The notes under the pieces were generated by a model. It worked only from the letters and a program-made list of their open reading frames with translations, ran no database searches and was not told the DNA's origin. Position numbers and translations under genes: made by a program. This document shows, one piece after another, positions 1 to 7,159 of a stretch of 30,990 nt of DNA; position 1 is the stretch's first letter, and each line of letters begins with the position of its first letter. Origin of the DNA: a virus (lineage: Duplodnaviria > Caudoviricetes); the IMG/VR virus record IMGVR_UViG_3300002091_000079, positions 1-30,990 of that record, one strand, 5' to 3'.

Positions 1-2
1 CA

Positions 3-1190
3 TGTGAATTATTTACCTTGATTCAAAATCAATACGAAAACAGAAAACTATTTGACATTCCGACTCTACTGGATATTGCACCAGTACACATCTATAAATT
101 CATAGTGAGTATTTCAGACAAGGCATGGTCAAGTAATTTACTAATTAACGATATAGATTTTTTAACATCGAAATATCGTCACGCATTAATCAGTATTGAA
201 TTAAATAAATTAATAGCTAACTTCAAATCAGAATCTTTATCTGACAAGGCCTGCGATATTGTTGCAAATGGATGTTTTCAAATTGCAAAACTCGGGATGC
301 TAGAGGAAATACATACATTTACCCCTGAAGATAATGCGGAATGCTTTTTAGATCATACAAATGATTTAACACCAATAATTCCAAGTGGTATTGAAACTAT
401 CGACAAATTAAATGATGGCGGATTTAAAAATAAGAGTCTGATCACAATTGCTGGACGTTCAGGTATGGGTAAAACAGGTTTTGCTGTACATCTTGCCCAT
501 AACATTGCTTCAAATCACGAACATAAACATGTTTTATTCTACAGTCTTGAGATGACGGCAAGTGATATTTATGAAAAACAATTATCCACCATCCTAAAAA
601 AACAAGTTTCTACAGCTACCAAACAAGAGCAGTTTAATGCCGTGGCAAAGGCGTCTGAAACACGTTTTACGATACATACGAAGCCATTAGCATCAATTGA
701 CTACATAGAGGCTAGCGCACGAATTACATCGGTTAAAACGCCTTTAAGCGTTATTGTTGTTGATTACTTAGGAATTGTTCAAAATAAAGCAAAATTAGAA
801 TGCCACGCATTAAGACAAGCGGATATTGCATTGAGACTTTCTGCGTTAGCTATGGAATTAAATTGTATTGTTATTGCCTTAACGCAGGTCAATAGAGACT
901 ACGCAACACGTGGCAAAGACAAGGCTCCTATAACATCTGATGCCGCTGATTCAAGCGGAAGTGAGAGATCATCTTCATACTGGCTCGGAATATACCGACC
1001 GAATGTTGACGATGACTCAGAGCCTGAAAATGATTTCATGATTAAATGCCGAAAAAATAGATTTGGTAAAATTTGGACTGCATATTTTTCATTTAGTGAA
1101 GGAATCTTCAAGGAAGTAAATCAGTATATTTATACGGCCAGACCAATGACTTCTAAGAAAGGAATAGATAATTACAAAAAAACTACATAA
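3..1190 (+). CDS. dnaB: DnaB-like (SF4) replicative helicase, probably 5'-truncated by the window edge
   Basis: Motifs AGRSGMGKT (Walker A), FYSLEM, VIVVDYLG (Walker B), ALTQVNR and KNRFG. The frame is open from base 3, so the true start may lie upstream of the window. Confidence 0.93.
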   Translation, partial: CELFTLIQNQYENRKLFDIPTLLDIAPVHIYKFIVSISDKAWSSNLLINDIDFLTSKYRHALISIELNKLIANFKSESLSDKACDIVANGCFQIAKLGMLEEIHTFTPEDNAECFLDHTNDLTPIIPSGIETIDKLNDGGFKNKSLITIAGRSGMGKTGFAVHLAHNIASNHEHKHVLFYSLEMTASDIYEKQLSTILKKQVSTATKQEQFNAVAKASETRFTIHTKPLASIDYIEASARITSVKTPLSVIVVDYLGIVQNKAKLECHALRQADIALRLSALAMELNCIVIALTQVNRDYATRGKDKAPITSDAADSSGSERSSSYWLGIYRPNVDDDSEPENDFMIKCRKNRFGKIWTAYFSFSEGIFKEVNQYIYTARPMTSKKGIDNYKKTT

Positions 1191-1191
1191 C

Positions 1192-1214
1192 AAAAAGCCG
1201 GTTAATCACCGGCT
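1192..1214 (-). terminator. Intrinsic terminator of the leftward accessory operon, between convergent genes
   Basis: AGCCGGT (1196-1202) / ACCGGCT (1208-1214) stem, 5-nt loop, followed by a T-run on the minus strand. Confidence 0.75.
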
Positions 1215-1400
1215 AATTATTTTACCGCATTCAATACATTCAAAAATCCCGTTACCTTCGATATACGGATGCTCGCAATAGTTGTCGATTAGGGATTGGA
1301 TTTTTTTACGCAAGTTATGAATCATTTTTCCATGCACAAAGAAAAGGCTATTTTGAGCAATCATAATCAATTGCATGATTTGTTTTTCTGATATTTTCAT
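1206..1400 (-). CDS. Small hypothetical protein with C-terminal Zn-ribbon-like motif
   Basis: CEH...CIECG motif; ATGA overlap with the upstream gene. Confidence 0.65.
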   Translation of the reverse strand: MKISEKQIMQLIMIAQNSLFFVHGKMIHNLRKKIQSLIDNYCEHPYIEGNGIFECIECGKIISR

Positions 1401-2095
1401 CGCGTCCCCAGTTCAAGCTCGGATATGTCGAGATTAATAGATTTATCCTGTAAAAGTTTTCCGCATCTGCCACAGATTGCTCTAAACAATTCTCCTGGCA
1501 TAATGAACCATTCCATATCACAACATATGACAGATAGTTGCTTATCCTTCGCTATGCCCACATCGTCCTGACAATCGCAGCAAGAGTATGGTTCATTGCA
1601 TTTTGTGCAGCATGTTGGGAATGGTATGTTAATATTGTCACATGATTTTTCTGTTACAGATTCATCACGCAATGAAGTCCAATGTGATATTTGTGCGTTG
1701 ATTAGCTCGGATTTTGATTTATAACAAATTGATTCGATTGCCTCTTGACCTTCACCTGAATAAACAATCACATCATCAATGATCTCAACACTACTAACCT
1801 CGAAACTTTCAATATGCTGAAAAGGTAACATTTCACGTTTGACGATATATTCTGTAGCCATATATAGAATGTCACCAACTTTATATTTAGGCGCTGGCTT
1901 GGTTAATTTTTGAAAATGAGATATGCAACCATCAATATGATCAAAACAAATTTGTAAATAATTAATATAACAATTTATTATATTACGACCACCACCAAAC
2001 ACAACGTTGTATTCAATGCATATAGGAATATTTGTCTGTTTATGATACTTTTCAGCCAAATTAGATGCGATTTTCAATTTTTCGTAGTCAATCAT
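1397..2095 (-). CDS. Modular hypothetical phage protein with Cys-rich C-terminus
   Basis: 232 aa with AAGGA RBS. N-terminus is paralogous to 2810..3019, there is a central PKYKVGD motif, and several CxxC clusters follow. Confidence 0.8.
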   Translation of the reverse strand: MIDYEKLKIASNLAEKYHKQTNIPICIEYNVVFGGGRNIINCYINYLQICFDHIDGCISHFQKLTKPAPKYKVGDILYMATEYIVKREMLPFQHIESFEVSSVEIIDDVIVYSGEGQEAIESICYKSKSELINAQISHWTSLRDESVTEKSCDNINIPFPTCCTKCNEPYSCCDCQDDVGIAKDKQLSVICCDMEWFIMPGELFRAICGRCGKLLQDKSINLDISELELGTR

Positions 2096-2184
2096 GTTTT
2101 TCCTTGTTTATATCAAATCCACACCATGTACAAACGCCATTAATGACATTTTTTTATGCTCTTCCTCAATATGATTGATTTTGA

Positions 2185-2481
2185 TTAACCAGAGCCATAG
2201 CCAAAGCAAGAGCCATAGCCAAAGCCAGAGCCATAGCGAGAGCCATCGCCATCGCCAGATCCAAAGCCATAGCCAAAGCAAGAGCCATCGCCAGAGCCAG
2301 AGCCAGACCCAGAGCCAGACCCAGATCCAAAGCCAGAGCCAGAGCCAGAGCCAGACCCAGAGCCAGAGCCAGAGCCATATCCAGACCCAGATCCAAAGCC
2401 ATAGCCACACCCAGATCCATCGCCAGACCCACAGCCAGAGCCATCGCCAAAGCCATAGCCGTCGTTATTTAAGCCTTCCAT
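2185..2481 (-). CDS. Gly-X repeat protein (GS/GY/GD/GF/GC), 98 aa
   Basis: In this frame GG is fixed and the third base varies synonymously (GGC/GGA/GGG/GGT). A GAGG RBS lies upstream and the start overlaps the previous gene's end. Confidence 0.7.
   Translation of the reverse strand: MEGLNNDGYGFGDGSGCGSGDGSGCGYGFGSGSGYGSGSGSGSGSGSGSGFGSGSGSGSGSGSGDGSCFGYGFGSGDGDGSRYGSGFGYGSCFGYGSG
2188..2460. repeat. Degenerate hexamer tandem repeat (AGAGCC-type on the + strand)
   Basis: About 45 imperfect 6-nt units, which keep four reading frames open. Confidence 0.95.
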
Positions 2482-2807
2482 TCTATCGTTTCCTCAATAG
2501 ATTTTTTAGCGATCAAACTCACATCTAGAATTTCTATCACTTGCAACAGTTCAACGCGATCAACAGAGCATGGGAATTTACATTCATTAGGGCATGATGT
2601 ACCTTGCATTGCCAGTTGGGACAATGATGCGGCTCCTGCCCAATACCAAAGTCTTCTAGCGTTGGTCATTATAACTTCTTGGCCATTTCTTGATTCTATA
2701 TAACCTGCAAATACCCCAGCCGAGAGAGTGCGTACAATTTTATATTGAGATTCTGTTGGCAATATTTTTTTAACATATGTTTCACCATTAATTACTATTT
2801 CATTCAT
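2469..2807 (-). CDS. Conserved phage protein, DUF6948-like
   Basis: YKIVRTLSAGVFAG...NARRLWYWAGAASLSQLA signature; likely start is MNEIVING at 2807. Confidence 0.8.
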   Translation of the reverse strand: MNEIVINGETYVKKILPTESQYKIVRTLSAGVFAGYIESRNGQEVIMTNARRLWYWAGAASLSQLAMQGTSCPNECKFPCSVDRVELLQVIEILDVSLIAKKSIEETIEWKA

Positions 2808-2809
2808 TT

Positions 2810-3019
2810 TTATTTTCCTAAATTGGTTAATTCGGTTAATTTTTCGATTAGGTCGTCTATACATATGTATTCAAACCCTTGATAATACCCATTAATTTTG
2901 ATTTCTAAAAAATAAGTCATTCCTTTTGTAATCGAATTATAAAATGTTGTTTTTATTAAAATGTTGTCTAAATTTAAAGCTAATTCATGCGCAATTTTCA
3001 ATTTATCGTAGTCAATCAT
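2810..3019 (-). CDS. Hypothetical protein, paralog of the N-terminal domain of 1397..2095
   Basis: MIDYDKLKIA versus MIDYEKLKIA; tightly packed in the operon. Confidence 0.75.
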   Translation of the reverse strand: MIDYDKLKIAHELALNLDNILIKTTFYNSITKGMTYFLEIKINGYYQGFEYICIDDLIEKLTELTNLGK

Positions 3020-3334
3020 TCAACACCTTCCCTCAATCTTATCAGTAGTACACACAATATTAGGACATTTAATAACCCACTGATAACAGTTACCTCCTGT
3101 TACAGCTGTACATTTTGTACTAAACTGCATGTGGTCTCGTTCCCATGAGCTGTACATCGTTTTGTATTCGTCCCATTTTGTTTTAGCCATTGTTTCGCAT
3201 TCTTGAGGCGTTGCTATGTTAGATACAACATCCAAACCTTTTCGTGAGTCATATGTATCTAAACGCCATGCATTTGCATTTCCTGACAACATCAAAACAA
3301 ACGTAATTTTCATAATTTTTTTAAAATCAATCAT
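3020..3334 (-). CDS. Putative exported Cys-rich protein
   Basis: Start at 3334 (MIDFKKIMKITFVLMLSGNANA) gives a basic n-region, short h-region and A-N-A cleavage site; six Cys in the mature part. Confidence 0.65.
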   Translation of the reverse strand: MIDFKKIMKITFVLMLSGNANAWRLDTYDSRKGLDVVSNIATPQECETMAKTKWDEYKTMYSSWERDHMQFSTKCTAVTGGNCYQWVIKCPNIVCTTDKIEGRC

Positions 3335-3563
3335 TATTATTTTCCACCATTCCAGAGCCCAAAACCCAATTTTCATCATCGCTGGCTTTCATGCTTAAAA
3401 ATGTGCTTATGGCATTAATGCGAGATAAAATATCCTCTCGATGAGAGAAAAAAAGCTGATTAAATGCATCTATTCTTACTCTATTGGTTTGAATTGCCAA
3501 TTCTATTGCAATCAGCCGCTTTTCAAGTTCATCGTTTTTGTATACTGTAAAATCATTGCTCAT
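3327..3563 (-). CDS. Hypothetical helical protein
   Basis: 78 aa, with coupled overlaps at both ends. Confidence 0.65.
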   Translation of the reverse strand: MSNDFTVYKNDELEKRLIAIELAIQTNRVRIDAFNQLFFSHREDILSRINAISTFLSMKASDDENWVLGSGMVENNND

Positions 3564-3724
3564 TACTCTTGCTCCGTTTCAATGGGATGGTTCTCAAGAT
3601 AACTGATCGTGTCGTTTAATTGTTGATGCATCTCTTCTATCGCCTTTCTGCAATCGTGAAGTTCAAGTGAAAAATAACTCAGCGAGTAAGCCGCAACAAA
3701 TATCAGGAATCCAATAAATATCAT
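3563..3724 (-). CDS. Small membrane-anchored protein (53 aa, not in the ORF track)
   Basis: Hand translation MIFIGFLIFVAAYSLSYFSLELHDCRKAIEEMHQQLNDTISYLENHPIETEQE; TAATG coupling to the next gene. Confidence 0.6.
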   Translation of the reverse strand: MIFIGFLIFVAAYSLSYFSLELHDCRKAIEEMHQQLNDTISYLENHPIETEQE

Positions 3725-3735
3725 TCTAATTAATG

Positions 3736-3987
3736 TCATTTTCCTTCCATCCTTTTCTGTAAGTGAATATCGGGGTAACGATGATTCCTTACATAATCAT
3801 CCAAGTGAGTTAATTTATTAAGCACATAGGCTAGAGCCTGCATAATTGACTCATATTCACTTTGCTGCGCTCCATTATATTCATTCATTTCAGTATAAGG
3901 CGTGCCAAATATCTCATTGGATTTTTTTAATGCTTCATTCCTAATCTTATCTCTTGGTGTTAAGTATTGCTTATCAAATTCAGTCAC
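3736..3987 (-). CDS. Hypothetical protein
   Basis: 83 aa, GTG start with AGGAG RBS. Confidence 0.75.
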   Translation of the reverse strand: MTEFDKQYLTPRDKIRNEALKKSNEIFGTPYTEMNEYNGAQQSEYESIMQALAYVLNKLTHLDDYVRNHRYPDIHLQKRMEGK

Positions 3988-4043
3988 TTTTAACTCCTAT
4001 TGTTTATAAATTAACTAGACAACAAACCCAGTCTACATATAGG

Positions 4044-4286
4044 CTAAAGGCCTTTATTTACAACTTTATCCACCGTTTCTGTGGATAAGTTAAAAAAATC
4101 CTCCCCCTTAATCTCTAACCCATATTCTTTCGCAACAGCGATTAATTTCAAAGCTGTTTCATAACTTGGCCTATAGATTCCCCTTTCATAATTTGAAATC
4201 ATCTGGCGGGTAACATCAGCTTTCCACGCCAATTCATCCTGTGACAGCAATGCATGTATTCGTAACCTCTTAACTATTGATATCAT
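4044..4286 (-). CDS. XRE/Cro-like helix-turn-helix regulator
   Basis: LSQDELAWKADVTRQMISNYERGIYRPS; AAGGAG RBS; no peptidase domain. Confidence 0.92.
   Translation of the reverse strand: MISIVKRLRIHALLSQDELAWKADVTRQMISNYERGIYRPSYETALKLIAVAKEYGLEIKGEDFFNLSTETVDKVVNKGL
4054..4088. promoter_or_regulatory. Cluster of three DnaA boxes
   Basis: TTATTTACA (4054-4062), TTATCCACC (4066-4074) and TGTGGATAA (4080-4088, a perfect TTATCCACA on the minus strand). Confidence 0.75.
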
Positions 4287-4306
4287 TTAATCTCCTTGAC
4301 ACGATT

Positions 4307-4335
4307 ATTCTATAATAAAGTATAGTTTGTGTAAA
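4307..4335 (-). promoter_or_regulatory. sigma70-type promoter for the leftward HTH operon
   Basis: Minus strand TTTACA-N17-TAGAAT, ending 20 nt before the HTH start codon. Confidence 0.7.
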
Positions 4336-4341
4336 GTATGC

Positions 4342-4369
4342 TTGACATTATAAATGGATATGTTAAACT
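4342..4369 (+). promoter_or_regulatory. sigma70-type promoter for the recombination operon
   Basis: TTGACA-N16-TAAACT with an extended -10 TG; back-to-back with the leftward promoter. Confidence 0.7.
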
Positions 4370-4412
4370 ATCTACGAAATAACAAAACGATACATTACAT
4401 AACGAGGACAAC

Positions 4413-4664
4413 ATGACTAACAGAACATTTGAGCAGCCCATAATGGAATTATCACATAGCGTGGTATTTGAAAAAGCCAAGATCATAAACGATCAATATA
4501 CCCTTTCAATCGATGATTTAACCGCAACAGAAAAGCTCGCTTTCATCAATCAAATTGTAAAACTCAATGCTAATATGGACACTTACATTCAGGAATGCAT
4601 AGACGATGCTTGTCAAGATCGTATGCATGCTGAATCTCAATGGTTTGGAGGCTGGAATGACTAA
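4413..4664 (+). CDS. Hypothetical early protein
   Basis: 83 aa, GAGGA RBS, first gene after the promoter. Confidence 0.8.
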   Translation: MTNRTFEQPIMELSHSVVFEKAKIINDQYTLSIDDLTATEKLAFINQIVKLNANMDTYIQECIDDACQDRMHAESQWFGGWND

Positions 4665-4779
4665 GGATTTTATTACACCATACGAACGGGTAAACAAACC
4701 ATTATCAATCAACTGGATTGATGTGGTTTTTGTTATCGTCATATTGTTATTAATTGGCACCGCGCCAACTTGGCTATAA
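4657..4779 (+). CDS. Small single-pass membrane protein (40 aa, not in the ORF track)
   Basis: MTKDFITPYERVNKPLSINWIDVVFVIVILLLIGTAPTWL; GGAGG RBS; fills the gap in the operon. Confidence 0.6.
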   Translation: MTKDFITPYERVNKPLSINWIDVVFVIVILLLIGTAPTWL

Positions 4780-4790
4780 GGAATAGATAC

Positions 4791-5453
4791 ATGAGCAATG
4801 CAATTTTAATACTTGGTGATTCGGGAACGGGTAAATCAACCAGTTTCAGAAATCTGGATCCCACTAAAACGTTTATTATTAATGTTTTAGACAAGCCTTT
4901 ACCTTTCAGGGGTTATAAAGCAAATTATACGAAACTGTCTCCTGATGGATTGACAGGGAATTATTACGAAACTGATGATCATGAAGCAATCAAGCGCGTC
5001 ATTAAATTAGTAAGCCTAAAACGTCCCGATATTACTAACTTAATCATCGATGATTTTGGTTTTACAATAACCAATACATATATGAGACGTTCACGGGAAA
5101 CAGGATTTACAAAGTTTGCTGATATCGGCAGGAACGCATGGGAAATTATAAGCTCTTTAAGAGGCCTAAGAGACGATTTAAGCTGTGTTGTTACCATGCA
5201 CGTAGATATTGACATGCATGGACAATATCGTCCTAAAACAATCGGAAAGATGATTGATCAGTATAATATCATTGAGGGAGCCTTTACTTTCGTATTTCAA
5301 TCTGTACTTGTCGAAAATCAATATAAATTCATTACCAATAATGATGGTCTACATATGGCTAAATCATCCATGGGTTGTTTTGATGATCTCTATATCGATA
5401 ATGATTTAAACGAAATAATAAAACAAATTGAAACATATAATCAGGGACTATAA
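4791..5453 (+). CDS. sak4: Sak4-like AAA_24 ATPase / ssDNA annealing protein
   Basis: ILILGDSGTGKST Walker A, LIIDD Walker B, KTIGKMID; next to Gp157 and SSB-like genes; ATG at 4791 with AAGGA RBS. Confidence 0.85.
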   Translation: MSNAILILGDSGTGKSTSFRNLDPTKTFIINVLDKPLPFRGYKANYTKLSPDGLTGNYYETDDHEAIKRVIKLVSLKRPDITNLIIDDFGFTITNTYMRRSRETGFTKFADIGRNAWEIISSLRGLRDDLSCVVTMHVDIDMHGQYRPKTIGKMIDQYNIIEGAFTFVFQSVLVENQYKFITNNDGLHMAKSSMGCFDDLYIDNDLNEIIKQIETYNQGL

Positions 5454-5455
5454 AA

Positions 5456-5947
5456 ATGAAACTATATGAAATTACCAACGAATTCCAAAACGTATTTAAT
5501 CAATTCAATGAAGAGGGTGAACTATCAGAGGATATGCACGAAAAATTGGATTTGTTCCAAGCTGATTTTGAAAGCAAAGCGCTCTCAATTGCTGCCCATA
5601 TCAAGAACTTGGAAGCCGAGGAAGCAGCGATTGCAAACGCCATGAAAGATATGGCTGCACGTAGACAAAAACTAACCAGCCAAGTGGACTCCTTGAGTAG
5701 TTATTTGCAATTCAATTTGCAGCAAATGTCTATCAGTGAAATTAAGTCGTCTTCTTATTTTAAAATTAAATTGCGCCAATGTCCTCCATCCGTGGACGTA
5801 TTTAACGAAACATTGTTACCACCTCAATATTTTAAAGAAAAAATCGTGAAGTCAGTCGATAAAATACTATTAAAACAAGTTTTAGCCGATGGAATTGAAG
5901 TTCCTGGCGCTGTCATTCAACGTAAAATTAAACTGGAGATCAAGTAA
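5456..5947 (+). CDS. Siphovirus Gp157-family protein
   Basis: MKLYEIT N-terminus, coiled coil, and PPSVDV...VDK...GIEVPGA C-terminus. Confidence 0.88.
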   Translation: MKLYEITNEFQNVFNQFNEEGELSEDMHEKLDLFQADFESKALSIAAHIKNLEAEEAAIANAMKDMAARRQKLTSQVDSLSSYLQFNLQQMSISEIKSSSYFKIKLRQCPPSVDVFNETLLPPQYFKEKIVKSVDKILLKQVLADGIEVPGAVIQRKIKLEIK

Positions 5948-6474
5948 TGAAATACACACCCTATAGCGAAGCTGAAATCCAATCCATGAACGTCATGGAA
6001 GCTGGAGTTTATACATTCCAAGTTATGGAAGTCATTGTCACAGACCAATATAACAAGATATTGCGTGATAAAAACGGAAATGAGATGGCAAAACTTAAAT
6101 TATTGGTTTGGGATAATGTTGGCCGTGAACGTGTGATTTTTACGTTCATGACTGGAGACGGTTCATTTGCTTATAAATTTAGGCATTTTGCGAAGTCTGT
6201 AGGAATGATACAGGAATATGAGTCTGGAACCTTTCAGATTGAAAGCACGCAAGGATTGTCAGGAAAGGCCGATATCGTCATTAAAAAAGGAACCATGAAA
6301 ACAGATGGTTCGGGGGAAATGTGGGCTGATAGAAATGATGTGAAAGATTTTGTTGGTGAAGGAGCTTCTATACCAGGCAAAGGAAATCTTGAGTATAACG
6401 GGAATCCTACTCCGCCACGCTCAGCACTTAATCAACCGCCTTTAGCTGAACCTGACGATTGCATTCCGTTTTAA
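5947..6474 (+). CDS. ssb: Phage ssDNA-binding protein (DUF669-like OB fold)
   Basis: EAGVYTFQV start of fold, acidic tail DDCIPF, Sak4-module context. Confidence 0.75.
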   Translation: MKYTPYSEAEIQSMNVMEAGVYTFQVMEVIVTDQYNKILRDKNGNEMAKLKLLVWDNVGRERVIFTFMTGDGSFAYKFRHFAKSVGMIQEYESGTFQIESTQGLSGKADIVIKKGTMKTDGSGEMWADRNDVKDFVGEGASIPGKGNLEYNGNPTPPRSALNQPPLAEPDDCIPF

Positions 6475-6481
6475 TCATATC

Positions 6482-6506
6482 AAAAAGAGGCAGGAAACTG
6501 CCTCTT
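6482..6506. terminator. Terminator between the convergent early and late operons
   Basis: Perfect 9-bp stem AAGAGGCAG-GAAA-CTGCCTCTT; T-run on the minus strand. Confidence 0.85.
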
Positions 6507-7146
6507 ATCTCCTGCGCCTAGCCATAATCTTGCCATAACCACCCATTGTACTTGCTGCAAATGTTAAATTAGCCCGCAAGTATACCGTTGCTGTAGTGGC
6601 CGTTGCTACTGAAATCCTACACGCATTTATAGGTACTACCATTGCAATACCGGCGGCAACGCTTGTATTAAATGTGCTTAATGCCGTACCTACGGCTGGA
6701 ACAGTAGGCAATGCCGCGCTGATGTTTAATCCCGCTGAAATTAATGATGTGGTTGTTCCTCCTGCTGGAGCACTCCAGAACTCCCCCCAAACATCATAAT
6801 CACCTGGTTGAAGAACGATATTTGCAATTGTAGCCTCTACAGTGCTTGTTAAGGAAACGGCAGCGCCAACCAGTACAATCACACTATCCAACTCTCCAAC
6901 GCTTCCGGCTGCTGCACTATCGTTTGTTTTAGTGCCTATAACGCCGGATGTTGATGTAAAGGTTATGCTTGACTGAGTAATTGCACCACCATTAGCTGAT
7001 AATAATAAATTTGCATAAGCACCAATTAACCCCGCCACTGTGGTTTGAACTTCATTGAATGTATTGGCGCTATCACCACAATAAACAATGTCTGATGGGT
7101 CTAATGTTGATTTTAATGTAAAATTTTCTAGTCTTACGTTAGCCAT
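6505..7146 (-). CDS. Short fibre/spike protein with beta-rich C-terminal domain
   Basis: Likely start MANVRLENF at 7146 (AGGA RBS); Ala/Thr/Gly-rich; LQPGDYDVWG motif typical of fibre tips. Confidence 0.7.
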   Translation of the reverse strand: MANVRLENFTLKSTLDPSDIVYCGDSANTFNEVQTTVAGLIGAYANLLLSANGGAITQSSITFTSTSGVIGTKTNDSAAAGSVGELDSVIVLVGAAVSLTSTVEATIANIVLQPGDYDVWGEFWSAPAGGTTTSLISAGLNISAALPTVPAVGTALSTFNTSVAAGIAMVVPINACRISVATATTATVYLRANLTFAASTMGGYGKIMARRRR

Positions 7147-7159
7147 TTTAAATCCTGTT

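Noticed and set aside
2188-2460. CRISPR array
   Set aside because: Contiguous 6-nt units with no spacers and no cas genes.
2108-2528. Alternative ORFs across the hexamer repeat (WLWL, ALAL, SQSQ)
   Set aside because: These are by-products of 6-nt periodicity; only the Gly frame shows synonymous wobble and an RBS.
4016-4035. TAGAC-N10-GTCTA inverted repeat after the HTH gene
   Set aside because: Only 5 bp and no U-tract; compatible with chance.
4296-4316. TTGACA and TATAAT on the + strand
   Set aside because: The spacer is only 9 bp, and the TTGACA abuts the HTH RBS on the other strand.
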